Source: a virus (Duplodnaviria > Caudoviricetes). Taken from it: DNA of 64,000 bases. The DNA is taken from IMG/VR virus record IMGVR_UViG_3300025410_000009. The stretch is one strand, 5' to 3'. The translations under genes were made by a program, and so were the position numbers. This document shows, piece after piece, positions 10,301 through 18,217 of the stretch. Below the pieces are notes generated by a model. It saw nothing but the letters and a program-made list of their open reading frames with translations. It was not told the DNA's origin and did not search any database. Within the stretch, counting starts at the first letter, position 1. Every line of letters begins with the position of its first letter.

Positions 10301-13129
10301 GCTCAAAGCAATCTGGTGCCAGATGTGCATCTACGCCCATCACAGAAAACTGGCTTGGCCATACGTCCTAGACAGACTGTGATACATGATCAATTTGCAG
10401 CGTTAAAAAATGTTGTTCAATATGTAAATGCGGTATTTGCAACCACAACTGCAGCCAGCAAGATACAAAATGTGCAACAATACAGCAATGCCAGTTTCTA
10501 TTTTAAAGATCCCTTACCCAGTGCTGCTGCATACGATTATGTTGCAGCCAATATAACCGAACTTGGGTATGTGCCGCTGGTGGCTGGTACTCGTGTGCTG
10601 GTTGAGTCGGACAGCAATCATGATGATATTTGGACTGTGTATGAAATACAGGATGATTTGTCTTATAAATTGATTTACAATCAATCATATGATACCACTA
10701 AACTTTGGAATTTTGCCACATGGTATGCCACTGACTATGATCCAGCAACCAAAATCACATATGTGGTCAGCACATATGCCGATCTTGAAAAAATAAATAT
10801 TGTTGCCGGTGACATTGTCAAGATTGTAAATGCCGGCAGCAGCGGTTTTGAAATATTAAAATTCATTGATTCATCTACGACCCAGCTGGTTGCAATAGAA
10901 AATGGTACCCTACAACTGAATCGAAATTTATGGGACCTGTCAACCAACAATGTGGGATTAGACAACAGCCCATATGACTCTGTGACGTTTGACTACAACT
11001 TCTCGATTGAAGTTAGAAACATCATGCATGGTCTTGCCAACGATGTCTTGATCGATGATCTAAAAACCAATTACAATCAATTGTTGTTTGTGATAATCAA
11101 CTACATCTTGTCCGAGCAAGTCAATGTGGATTGGATCTTTAAGACCAGTTTTATAAATGTTTTACACAAGATACGTCAATTGATCCAATACCCAAGTTAT
11201 GTCAAAGACAACACCGAGTACTATCTTGATTACATCAACGAAGTTAAACCATATAGAACTCAGGTGCGCGAGTATGTGATCAACTATGACGGCATTGACA
11301 ATGCCTACAGCGGCTTGTCGGACTTTGATTTGCCGGGATACTATGATACTGCATTGGCAGTATATCGCAGCCCAGATGGCACACAACCAGCAACCGACAG
11401 TGCGCTGTTCTTGCAACCACCATGGTCGGCTTGGGCAAACAATTTCTTGTTCTCTATATCAAGCATTGATCTAATCGCAGGCGGTAGTGGCTACACCATT
11501 ACTCCACAAGTTATTATTCTCAGTACCGACAATTCAGGCAGCGGTGCCACTGCCACCTGCACCATAAACAATGCTGGCGCAGTGACCAGTATTACAGTGA
11601 CCAATGGTGGGCAAGGCTATCGTGATGCTCCGTTAATGATAATCAACGGTAACGGTACTGGTGCTCGAGCAGTGGCTCGTATGACCAATGGAAAAATACG
11701 CGGAATCACAACAACATTGAAGTTTGACCGTGTCAGTTATGATACTGCGGTGACCGAATGGTTGCCCGGGCACAATTATGCAGCCGGCAGCAAAGTCAGC
11801 TACTTGCACGAAGGTTATGTTGCTACCGAAGACTTACCAGGCACCGTGACCAGCTATATAACAGCCACAAATGATCAAACTGTGTTTAGAGTGCCCAACG
11901 GCTATTACACCAGCGGTGTTGCAATCAACGGTGTTGCAGTTGGTGGTATACAATCAGTCACAGTTAATGGCACACTGGTCACAGCCAACAACTATACAGC
12001 CACTGACGGAGTATCTGTGGTGTTAACAACACCAACCTATTATGGTGACAATGTGACCATTGTTGCTTACAAAAATGTCAATTCTGCGTTTAATTTTCAT
12101 GTGTTTAGCAAGATCAACAACAGCGATTACACCAGTGCAAACGATCGAATTGCTGCTTTGTACAATCCATTGCCGTCACAGATACCCAAAGAAGTTGATG
12201 CCGATGGTCGCATTGATCTAACTAGATTGATTGACGGTGTGAAATTCACCGGACATAACATAGACAGTGATCTTGTGGTCAATAACGATACCAACTTGGT
12301 GACTTATACATTGTATGACAACAACAGCAACGGCGCTGGCAATATAAATCTAGATGGCGGCTCACTAAATTCAACTGTGCATGCTCCTGAAGAACTAGTT
12401 CCAGGGACCACATACGACAATTTAAACATGCGTGTGTACACCAATTTGAGTAATGGTACTACCGTGGCCTACAGAATAAGTTATGACTCACGTCAGCAAA
12501 CTAGATACAATGTCATTGCAAGAACAAAAACTACATATTTGTTAACAGACTTGAATTGGGACGACACCAGTTTTGAAGTTTCTACCGGATCGGCATTGTC
12601 CATGCCGCAGCCACAAAAATCAATTCCTGGCTTGATATACATCAATGGCGAAGCGATATCATTTTGGAAAATAGTCGGTGGTGTTATCAGTAGAATCACT
12701 CGCGGCGTGGGCGGCACAGGAACTCCTGCAGTACATCTTGCAGGATCTGTGGTAGAAGATGCTGGTAGCACAACAGTGGTACCTGGTACACCGCAAACAC
12801 TTACAACCAAATATACATTTGATCCTGCAGTTGGGGTAGCTACCACCAGCTACACAGTAGCAACCAATTTAAACGAAGTCAAGCATCTTTTGTCGGTCAT
12901 GATCAATATCAACAAATTGCCCATTAATGAATATTATACTGTCAGTATCCATAATGGTCATGCCATGATCACTTTCAGTGATCTTGCCAAACAGGTGATT
13001 CCAGCAGGTACGGTGCTGATGCTAAATTATTACCAGGACCATGTGTGGATCAATTTGGGATCTCATGGCGGCTTGGCCACCAGCACTACCGATCAAGCAG
13101 TATTTTTGAAGAACAACCCATACAATTAA
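1328..13129 (+). CDS. Giant (3933 aa) virion structural protein, baseplate/tail-associated, with FG-GAP beta-propeller and carbohydrate-binding-like modules
   Basis: One uninterrupted ORF rich in T/N/V/G. It has seven FG-x-S-V-x-I...L-x-V-G-A-P-type repeats (about 8000-9450), two W-x4-Y-x2-G-x2-V-x-Y (CBM5/12-like) motifs (about 6758 and 11759) and GGSGY/GGQGY beta-repeats. Structural-gene context. Confidence 0.75.
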   Translation: MPITRTLDFLPGIFRTETNKKFLSATLDQLVSEPEFTRLNGYIGRKFAPTYQAGDSYIAEVNSDRQNYQLEPSVVVKDSSNQITYYSSYTDLINIVSYYGGKTTNHDRLFESEYYSYDGKFDYDKFVNFGQYYWLPNGPDPIAIKSTLVASQETFGVTRNTGTNEFVLSGQPVPNPDITLLRGGLYKFQVSSPGTGFWIQTEPGVAGFKKSAPTVSSRVIAGVTNNGRDNGTIEFSVPASDSQDLYLKMPVVGSIDYAIDVPFAALDNLDWGDVVQNYNGLDGMTISPVNKLVIFLNINGDDAEWTRQDGSIVPANQRRGVWRVHLVDNRFTLQYVRDIPVNSKVYVRSGRTHADIEYYHDIINEFIPVPALTAQLDTLYYQDAADPGMYGRIRIVDEILDAINVTEFILGKPRYTSPSGVVFSNGMLVTFDSNTMPAQYANNTFVVEGVGTGITLTEFSRLVTPEVKQEGETVLQPDYFVCNRGSLDLNAWARGNRWFHSDIIIASAAANGTVPLFDQTARAKRPIIEFETNLQLFNNGRIGKRPVDQIVTSITDAFNQVEHYNKLTVGDVVFNVGDRVLFVNDIDPVVRGQVYVVAYGIKPDPTYQSIYDGTGTGTISVVGTAVTGTDTAFVAELQVGSCLYSPDSGIVIGVVAEIASDTELTLVSAGTATDSAFLYRNPKLQLLVSPDADDSLLEFDTIVATSGSNAGVTYWYNGTVWHVAQQKTAINQAPQFDAYDYNNNSYSTYLSSNFTGTSIFSYGVGSGVTDTVLGFPLAYSNGTGTIADISFVNNFDVDTFQYTVGKSLVKKSINLGYIRKNLDRYNFVKENVWNTVKENTKQYQIISNTFSTTNYFEIDVLPNTAATIPYIKVFVNNVLQDTANYRVTTVESINAVEILTTLAVGDKIDILIYSDSTSTLGYYQIPSNLDYNSENQSLPTITLGQIRNHMTTLAQNSFGLNGAAPGIHNFRDLNIKLQGGDLLQHSAPTIYASLFLIDNQANFVNGVDYARREYTKFKNKFVELATTMSGLDHNNVSASVDQILTTINQVKNNSFPWYYSDMVPYGQYTSTAYTVVTLLSKQYKISAIYDQTLLQSRAVLVYLNNRLLTKDRDYTFDPAKPAIYISDSVELTIGAKLEIREYNTDGNYIPETPTKLGLYPKFLPQIVEDDTYRTTINVIQGHDGSLTPVFGDYRDDFLLELETRIYNNIKANHDIAAVDVRSYVPGRFRTTDYSLAEFSDIIGSAFLKWAGVNSVDYTSNSYFSSSDPFTYNYQSATDKIYNQTLPGYWRGIYRYFYDTDRPHTHPWEMLGFSQMPTWWTDQYGPAPYTSGNLPLWSDLELGIIQAGERAGIDPVYARPGLSKVLPVDDQGNLLPPLGTLTLQFSTGKASQAFAIGDGGPAESAWRRSSEYPYALQQAVALMKPARYFATMYNTNEYYRHPTINQFVTTDTNRRVTPADITLNGEPVNGTVTRANGYVNYVLDYLTSLGISATTKVRAMLDNLSVQLTYKVAGYTDTGYLTVLAEQYSPTSTNASVVIPDQNYNIYLNKGVPTRRVAYSAIIVEKTTTGYSVRGYNTDNPYFIMIPSETAGPSYTITSGTVSAVIYQNFVPITVRVPYGQQFATKQQLVDFLISYQRYLIYQGFVFEDYSSDLGQTQDWALSALEFLGWTLQGWRPGSILVLSPCETKLTINTSFASIDEITNSANNSRVLDTNFNVIRTTELTVMRDFDINQTVIQSVTGRTIAFAELNLVQFEHVLVFDNIDIFGDVIYQPQSGSRQFRLKLIGDKTANWAGALNPPGFIYNSNRVDSWQQGLDYLKGDVVTYKNYYYVATQDIPAETSFTIAYWKLINKTDIKTGLLPNFANNAGRFIDFYDVDATTLNKQFNQYSSGLIGFRPRAYLDDLSVDHNSQIKFYQGYIKDKGTKNAVNALLNAEFNNLSSDVSYYEEWAVRVGEYGAQNTNQLVSMIIDESMVKSNPVGLAILAPGQTDSHYGLINIADRALYDRPLGSAPVRFLTRNPGTNIENDIETAGYVNINDVDATLFDASVSFAGLSASLADIVSGYNIWVAKDINTDWQVYRANETDNVVLSIAYNLDSTAKITTRNPHGFVANDTIVIKQFNSLYDGFYSVSSVLDSWSFSVSVSSTISAALKPKPVTGTGILFQLSSVRFNNPGNIARAVPKHGWKDGDRAWVDRDEQDHWAVYQKSNPWSYTNAVSISHGARTTGGLFGASLRIDPAQRYLIVGQPYGNDYGRVRVFDTTQNYREVSVLDPLITRIGGLGTSVDIANNQLVAGAPGTNYSVGMAVLYQLNDKFSFTAAQAIVNPDGGGGANFGYCVTMSLDAQWLYIGCPGLNAVYTYKFTNVADNNTPDQFSIDAALAGYNLVYNITDDPDALAVYNNNILLVRDRDYATDGHTITLFGGALSSESGNFNLLSEDNDEIVTEATTGAPGFLTVYARPYFKYISKIQGPAGTQFGTSIKTTTNGGTVVIGQPAATVNGLVGAGRVSVYTNNNGTFTLRHVLAEEQPTYAAHFGTSVDITHDNASIIVGAPGYSDLTTSGGAVYRFAVSSQFELIQKLTKPLQTQGENFGYRVRVSPSNNTLLVSSTTGTVETYGTFDAGKTTFDRAVTRTLDLVYGSGAVYIHDYLPNPADSTNPHGDFVFSNEFNAPNMHLGDRFGSDVDISQNTLVISSAYNSEYGANSGQVYHYSNPAGTAGWNKIRSQNPTVDVTSINRVFLYSNQDKSTLAMLDYIDPAKGKLLGIVDQDIDFKSSRDPANYNNGTGTDKTITADYFWGPLHVGLVWWNLDTVRYINYEQADLSYRLNNWGRLFPGSTVSVYEWVESSVPPNQYAKSGAMGTPLYSNNEYFVETTTVDPATGIIVTKYYYWVQGITTVPAGSKRVMSASSLEATIRDPAAQGVPFAAILSDNSIGLFNCQSYLSGTNTVLQIDYDTVLNSNLLHSEFELVQQGNGDSVMPERIINKLVDSISGADAQSNLVPDVHLRPSQKTGLAIRPRQTVIHDQFAALKNVVQYVNAVFATTTAASKIQNVQQYSNASFYFKDPLPSAAAYDYVAANITELGYVPLVAGTRVLVESDSNHDDIWTVYEIQDDLSYKLIYNQSYDTTKLWNFATWYATDYDPATKITYVVSTYADLEKINIVAGDIVKIVNAGSSGFEILKFIDSSTTQLVAIENGTLQLNRNLWDLSTNNVGLDNSPYDSVTFDYNFSIEVRNIMHGLANDVLIDDLKTNYNQLLFVIINYILSEQVNVDWIFKTSFINVLHKIRQLIQYPSYVKDNTEYYLDYINEVKPYRTQVREYVINYDGIDNAYSGLSDFDLPGYYDTALAVYRSPDGTQPATDSALFLQPPWSAWANNFLFSISSIDLIAGGSGYTITPQVIILSTDNSGSGATATCTINNAGAVTSITVTNGGQGYRDAPLMIINGNGTGARAVARMTNGKIRGITTTLKFDRVSYDTAVTEWLPGHNYAAGSKVSYLHEGYVATEDLPGTVTSYITATNDQTVFRVPNGYYTSGVAINGVAVGGIQSVTVNGTLVTANNYTATDGVSVVLTTPTYYGDNVTIVAYKNVNSAFNFHVFSKINNSDYTSANDRIAALYNPLPSQIPKEVDADGRIDLTRLIDGVKFTGHNIDSDLVVNNDTNLVTYTLYDNNSNGAGNINLDGGSLNSTVHAPEELVPGTTYDNLNMRVYTNLSNGTTVAYRISYDSRQQTRYNVIARTKTTYLLTDLNWDDTSFEVSTGSALSMPQPQKSIPGLIYINGEAISFWKIVGGVISRITRGVGGTGTPAVHLAGSVVEDAGSTTVVPGTPQTLTTKYTFDPAVGVATTSYTVATNLNEVKHLLSVMININKLPINEYYTVSIHNGHAMITFSDLAKQVIPAGTVLMLNYYQDHVWINLGSHGGLATSTTDQAVFLKNNPYN

Positions 13130-13135
13130 TCATGA

Positions 13136-13141
13136 TAAATA
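13136..13141 (+). promoter_or_regulatory. T4-like late promoter core TAAATA
   Basis: TAAATA-N5-ATG(13147). Confidence 0.6.
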
Positions 13142-13146
13142 ATAAC

Positions 13147-13806
13147 ATGAATGAAAATCCCAAATTTGAACAACCGGTTGAAACCAAACCCGCACCTGTG
13201 CCCGATGAAAAAACAGGCACTTACATTCGCGGGCATATCAAAATCACCGACCCCGACACCGGGGAAGTTCTAATAGACAAGCCCAATGCAATTCATTATG
13301 AAAATATAAGTCAGGCTATGGCCTATAGTTTGGCCAACAAGGGACAGAATTTTATATTCGAAATGCACTTTGGTAACGGTGGTACCACAGTTGATCCCAC
13401 AGGAGTCATTAACTATTTGCCACCCAATGTTAATACTCAAAACAGCGACTTATACAATCCCACCTACTACAAAACAGTAGATGACACCAGTACTACCAAT
13501 CCTGACCCTATCAATAACAAGATGCAAGTCATGCATGTACCAGGAACCACTTACACTGATATCTTGGTAACTTGTTTGCTGGATTACAATGAACCCAGTG
13601 GTCAAGCCACATTTGACAACAGCTCAAATCTAGCAGGAACTTATGTTTTTGACGAGTTGGGCCTTAAAGGATATACCAGCGCTGGCCCAGGACTAGGGCA
13701 GTTACTGACTCATGTTATTTTTAGCCCTGTTCAAAAAAGTTTAAATCGTAAAATTCAAGTTGATTATACTGTGCGTATACAGTCATTGACAAACCTAACA
13801 GGATAA
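13147..13806 (+). CDS. Virion structural protein (baseplate/tail), 219 aa
   Basis: Start reassigned to the ATG at 13147 (MNENPK), 5 nt after TAAATA. It sits between structural genes and has a beta-rich sequence (FDELGL...LLTHVIFSPVQKSLNR). Confidence 0.55.
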   Translation: MNENPKFEQPVETKPAPVPDEKTGTYIRGHIKITDPDTGEVLIDKPNAIHYENISQAMAYSLANKGQNFIFEMHFGNGGTTVDPTGVINYLPPNVNTQNSDLYNPTYYKTVDDTSTTNPDPINNKMQVMHVPGTTYTDILVTCLLDYNEPSGQATFDNSSNLAGTYVFDELGLKGYTSAGPGLGQLLTHVIFSPVQKSLNRKIQVDYTVRIQSLTNLTG

Positions 13807-13810
13807 TACA

Positions 13811-14677
13811 ATGCCTTACGTAATTCGAAAGACCAATGGCACAAATTTACTCACAATACAAGACGGCTTGGTAGATAATTCTACCGCACTCAGTCTAATT
13901 GGTCGCAGCTATACCAACTACGGCGATCTCATTGCCGACAACTTTGTGCGCCTGATGGAACATTTTGCCAATACCACAGCACCTCAAAACCCCATCGAAG
14001 GCCAACTTTGGTACAATACCTCCATGGGTTATTTTCAGTACTGGCACATAGACCCATCAACACAAAACGGGTCTTGGCAAACGATTTCGCGTATCGGATA
14101 TACTGGCAGCGCGGGTGCCACTGGGCTTACAGGCTATGCTGGCAGCACGGGTGCCACTGGTGCAATTGGCTATACAGGATCAATTGGCATTGGCTATACT
14201 GGATCTGCAAGTACAGCAGCAGGTTACACTGGTTCAACCGGTGCTACTGGCCCTATAGGTTACACTGGATCAGCTGGTCAAGCACAATTTGGTAATCTAA
14301 GCGCCCGCGGTCCCAAAGGACAAACAATAACAGGTCAACTCAACGGCGATATTGCAATCTCGCCCATAGGTGGCGGCAGAGTCGTTGTCACCAGTGATTT
14401 ATTCCCAAGCCTTGATCGACAAATAAACATAGGAAATGCTGGATTACAATTCAGTACTGTTTTCCTTAGCCGTGTTAGATTCACTGATGGATCTGAAATG
14501 ACCACAGCCAAGTCTATACCAGGCACTACACCACCCACCAGCTGTTATGGTAAAGACTTTGACCTACAGGGATGGATAGCAATTGATGCTAACTATCTGT
14601 ATTATTGTGTAGCTGATTACACTGACGGCACTGAAAAAATTTGGGTAAGAATACCTTGGAATCACGACACCTGGTAA
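13811..14677 (+). CDS. Tail fibre-like protein with collagen-like GYTGS/GATG repeats
   Basis: The N-terminal domain (LSLIGRSYTNYGDLIADNFVRLMEHFA...P.NPIEGQLWY) is paralogous to that of the next ORF. Gly-X-Y repeats run from about 14096 to 14275. Confidence 0.65.
   Translation: MPYVIRKTNGTNLLTIQDGLVDNSTALSLIGRSYTNYGDLIADNFVRLMEHFANTTAPQNPIEGQLWYNTSMGYFQYWHIDPSTQNGSWQTISRIGYTGSAGATGLTGYAGSTGATGAIGYTGSIGIGYTGSASTAAGYTGSTGATGPIGYTGSAGQAQFGNLSARGPKGQTITGQLNGDIAISPIGGGRVVVTSDLFPSLDRQINIGNAGLQFSTVFLSRVRFTDGSEMTTAKSIPGTTPPTSCYGKDFDLQGWIAIDANYLYYCVADYTDGTEKIWVRIPWNHDTW
14096..14275 (+). repeat. Collagen-like Gly-X-Y coding repeats (GYTGS, GATG)
   Basis: Translation: GYTGSAGATGLTGYAGSTGATGAIGYTGSIGIGYTGSASTAAGYTGSTGATGPIGYTGSAG. 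Confidence 0.85.
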
Positions 14678-14741
14678 GAATTTACACTGACCCACAGTCA
14701 GTAATACTAGCATAAATAAGTTTAAATGCGGAGCAAAAAGA

Positions 14742-15980
14742 ATGGCATATAATATACAACTATCTAATGGGACAGCACTAGTCACCATAGCCGATGGTAC
14801 AGTTGATGTAAACAACACAAGTTTATCCCTAATAGGTAAAAATTTCGCTGGCTACGGCGCACTGATGAACGAAAACTTTGTTTACTTGCTGGAAAACTTT
14901 TCAGGAGCAGCACAACCAGCCAATCCTTTAACTGGGCAACTTTGGTACGATGCACAAAATCGTGTGATGAATCTGCGTACTGCCAATGGTAACTGGAAAT
15001 CTCTTTGCTCGTCTACTGCATCCGCAAGCAGCCCGCCAGTTCCAGCCATTGGCGATCAGTGGTGGGATACCACAAATCAACAATTGTTTACTTGGACCAG
15101 TACACAATGGAAGCTGGTTGGACCCCTAAATAGTTCAAAGACTGGATTAACCGGCGCCATTCCCGATGTTATCACCAGCACCTCAAACATCGACAATCCT
15201 GTTATTAAATTTTATGTCAACGGCGTTATTGTTGCGATCTGGAGCAACATCGCAGCATATACTGCCAGCACCACATTGCCTGGATTCGATGCCACAATTG
15301 CTCCTGGTTTGACCATGGCCAGTTTGTCGCCTTTGACCAACAACTTGAACGGTACTGCTGCCAATGCACTGGCCTTGGGCGGTGCTCTAGCTCATTATTT
15401 TGTACGCAACGATGATATTGACGTGCAAAACATTTTGGGAACACTATCGTTCCAAAATACCACTGCAGCCATTGAGCTTGCAGGTCCTGTGGCCATTGTT
15501 GATGACAACACATACGACATTGGCGGCCCCAGCAACCGTGTACGCACAGTATATGCAACCAACTTCCATGGTCTTGCCAGTAGTGCATCGTATGCTGACT
15601 TGGCTGAACGTTTCCATGCTGATGCTGAATATCCAGCTGGTACAGTGGTGGCTCTAGGCGGCGATAAAGAAATTACTCGTGTGGTTGATGAATTGAGCGA
15701 TGATGTGTTTGGTGTTATCAGTACCAATGCAGCGTATTTGATGAACGCCGATGCTGGCAACAATGCCACTCACCCACCTATTGCTGTGAGCGGACGTGTT
15801 CCAGTTCAAGTGATTGGACCAGTTAAAAAAGGCGATCGTCTAGTCAGTGCTGGCGACGGTATGGCTCGTGCTGCTAATAAAAACGAAATTACACCTTGGA
15901 ATGTGATTGGTCGTGCACTAGCGCATAAAAAAGATGCCGGCGTTGGCACTGTTGAAGCAATTGTAAAATTAAGTTCTTAA
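14742..15980 (+). CDS. Tail fibre/spike protein with C-terminal intramolecular-chaperone (peptidase G2-like) domain
   Basis: Same N-terminal anchor as 13811 (LSLIGKNFAGYGALMNENFVYLLENFS...NPLTGQLWY). The C-terminus YADLAERF...GTVV...GVIST..AYLMN...P.IA..GRVPV.V.GPVKKGD.LV...G...IGRAL is typical of auto-cleaving chaperone domains. Confidence 0.7.
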   Translation: MAYNIQLSNGTALVTIADGTVDVNNTSLSLIGKNFAGYGALMNENFVYLLENFSGAAQPANPLTGQLWYDAQNRVMNLRTANGNWKSLCSSTASASSPPVPAIGDQWWDTTNQQLFTWTSTQWKLVGPLNSSKTGLTGAIPDVITSTSNIDNPVIKFYVNGVIVAIWSNIAAYTASTTLPGFDATIAPGLTMASLSPLTNNLNGTAANALALGGALAHYFVRNDDIDVQNILGTLSFQNTTAAIELAGPVAIVDDNTYDIGGPSNRVRTVYATNFHGLASSASYADLAERFHADAEYPAGTVVALGGDKEITRVVDELSDDVFGVISTNAAYLMNADAGNNATHPPIAVSGRVPVQVIGPVKKGDRLVSAGDGMARAANKNEITPWNVIGRALAHKKDAGVGTVEAIVKLSS

Positions 15981-15992
15981 AGAGATAACAGC

Positions 15993-17039
15993 ATGACGTA
16001 TGCAACTGGACAGGTAATCCGCGCAGCCGATTACAATCAATTGGTAATTGGCGCAGACACAGCCCCGCTCAACACCGCAGCACCCAGCATAGGCTTGGTA
16101 TGGGGCAACGGATTTGGCGCCCATGGGGTTGGCCAAGACGCCAGTTTTATACATCCAGTTTCGACAGGTGATGTAATTAGAGCCACTGAGTGGGACAACT
16201 TGACCGGTGTTCTACAGGCCATACGTGAACATCAAAGTGGGCCTGGTGCCTATACTGGCCCCGGCGCAGTTTCGGTAGGCAACGTAATTTCACCGCTACC
16301 TGGTCTAGGCCCAATCATACAATCAGCATACAACACTACAGGTACAGCATATGCCAACTCAGATGGCACAGCAAATACCACCAGCTACAGCGGCATATGG
16401 GGCTCAACTGGCTCTAGATCGTTGCACTTTACACAGACTGTTACATTTGCCAGTCCGGACCATGCAAGATATTTTTTCAATGCTGGTGGACGAGTTAAGT
16501 TGTCATTCTCGCATGGATCTGGCGCTGCAACAGCAAGAAATTCTTTTTGGAACAACTTGGCTGCAGCGGCTGGTACTGTTATTGTAGGTTACAACACCAC
16601 CAGCAAAACTGGTGGCAATGGCACATTAGTGGGCATCCCAGGGCACCCCAGCGTGAACAGTTACGGCGGCTATGGCGGCTATTACTCTGGCGGTAACGGT
16701 AACTACTCGTTACCAGGTGCAGGATTTTGGTCCAACACCGCTGGTGTTTCCAGTATGCATTTTAAACAATACGGAACAACTGGTGGATACAGCGACACAG
16801 CCGATTACATTGCAGTATATCTAACAGTTTCGGGTCCAACTGAATCATCGGGCGGCCTAGGTACCGCATTGAATTTTACCACAGTGTTCACTAACGGATT
16901 GGTAGAAACACCATCATCGCAGGATGAAATCTCAGGTACTTCATCGGTGTCTTTGGTATTGAGTAACCCAGTGGCTACCCACTTACCAACCGCTCCTTGG
17001 ACATCAAATACTTTTAGTGGATCAGTGGCACCAGTCTGA
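15993..17039 (+). CDS. Virion structural protein (tail/baseplate), 348 aa
   Basis: G/T/S-rich with internal repeats (GQVIRAADYN / GDVIRATEWD). Last gene of the structural block. Confidence 0.5.
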   Translation: MTYATGQVIRAADYNQLVIGADTAPLNTAAPSIGLVWGNGFGAHGVGQDASFIHPVSTGDVIRATEWDNLTGVLQAIREHQSGPGAYTGPGAVSVGNVISPLPGLGPIIQSAYNTTGTAYANSDGTANTTSYSGIWGSTGSRSLHFTQTVTFASPDHARYFFNAGGRVKLSFSHGSGAATARNSFWNNLAAAAGTVIVGYNTTSKTGGNGTLVGIPGHPSVNSYGGYGGYYSGGNGNYSLPGAGFWSNTAGVSSMHFKQYGTTGGYSDTADYIAVYLTVSGPTESSGGLGTALNFTTVFTNGLVETPSSQDEISGTSSVSLVLSNPVATHLPTAPWTSNTFSGSVAPV

Positions 17040-17040
17040 T

Positions 17041-17060
17041 TAAATACTGCTATAGCAGTA
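17041..17060 (+). promoter_or_regulatory. Late promoter TAAATA overlapping a 16-bp perfect palindrome
   Basis: TAAATA at 17041-17046 and TACTGCTATAGCAGTA at 17045-17060. Confidence 0.55.
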
Positions 17061-17070
17061 ATCGACTACC

Positions 17071-17391
17071 ATGAATCCTCAAGAACTCAAATCTCTCGCA
17101 GATTTTCAATTTGAACGTGCAACATATCTTAAGAATCTCAAAGATTCAATTGATGCTAGACTGACTCTAGTACATCAAGGTGGCATGTTTCAGGTCACAC
17201 CCGAATTCATTGCATTTTTATCTGCGTTTGCAGATGAAACCATGATTGTGGCCGACATCTACAACAACCCAGTAGAAGTCACACGCGAAACATTACTGGC
17301 AACTGCGCTAGATGTTTATCGCACAGTCACCGCCGAGTGGTACGCAGAATTTAACAAAGCATCACGTATACGACGAGCCAGTAATGTCTAA
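17071..17391 (+). CDS. Hypothetical protein, first gene of the late GT cluster
   Basis: 106-aa ORF downstream of TAAATA (17041). Overlaps the start of the next gene. Confidence 0.6.
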   Translation: MNPQELKSLADFQFERATYLKNLKDSIDARLTLVHQGGMFQVTPEFIAFLSAFADETMIVADIYNNPVEVTRETLLATALDVYRTVTAEWYAEFNKASRIRRASNV

Positions 17392-18217
17392 AGGCGTACT
17401 TATTTTTGCCTACAATTCTAAGTTAGACTACACCAGTATTGCATGCCTTGCAGCCCAGCTGGTGCGTAAGCATTTAGATTTGCCAGTCACCTTGGTAACT
17501 GATTCAGATCTTGACCGTGACTACTCGATGTTTGAGCAGGTGATTGTACAGCCCAAAACAGGCACCAGTTATGAACGAGTATTTGAGTTTCCGGGTGGTA
17601 GCCAAGTGGTGCCGTGGCACAACCAAAATCGCAGTAATGCATACGATCTAAGCCCCTATGATCAAACATTATTAATTGATGCAGACTATTTGATTTTTAA
17701 CAGCAGTCTGAAATCGTTGTTTGATACCAATTTGGAATTTGCTTGTCATGATAAAGTCAGTGAATTAACTCAGCAAGGCACGGGTTTAACCAATGCCAGG
17801 GTTGGTATTCCGGGCATTCCCATGCAGTGGGCCACAGTGGTTTATTTTACTCGAAATAAACTGGCTGAAAGTATTTTTGGCTTTATGCAAACAATCAAAC
17901 AAAACTATTTGTACTATGCTGGTGCATACAATTTCAGTACCGCACTATTCAGAAACGATTACACCTTGAGCATTGCCCTGCAGGCACTAACTGGTTATAA
18001 CAACAGGAATTGGACTCCAATACCCGGCCAGCTATTGACCGCAAACACTCTAGTGGAAATACACCAAGCTAGGCCCAACGGCGAAATAGTGTTCACCTGG
18101 TGGCACCATGATCGACAGCAAGTGACTAAAATACGCAACACCAATGTACATGTCATGAACAAAGAGACCATAACCAATCCTGATGTTATATCGCAACTAT
18201 TGGAGTTGGCTGTATGA
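17384..18217 (+). CDS. Glycosyltransferase-like protein (GT-A, GT8-like)
   Basis: Start reassigned to MSKGVLIFAYN (17384). Has a DxD motif in PYDQTLLIDADYL. Paralogous to the next ORF. Confidence 0.6.
   Translation: MSKGVLIFAYNSKLDYTSIACLAAQLVRKHLDLPVTLVTDSDLDRDYSMFEQVIVQPKTGTSYERVFEFPGGSQVVPWHNQNRSNAYDLSPYDQTLLIDADYLIFNSSLKSLFDTNLEFACHDKVSELTQQGTGLTNARVGIPGIPMQWATVVYFTRNKLAESIFGFMQTIKQNYLYYAGAYNFSTALFRNDYTLSIALQALTGYNNRNWTPIPGQLLTANTLVEIHQARPNGEIVFTWWHHDRQQVTKIRNTNVHVMNKETITNPDVISQLLELAV

Noticed and set aside
13811-15980. Diversity-generating retroelement targeting tail fibres
   Set aside because: There is no reverse transcriptase and no TR/VR repeat pair differing at adenines. The shared N-termini are ordinary paralogy.
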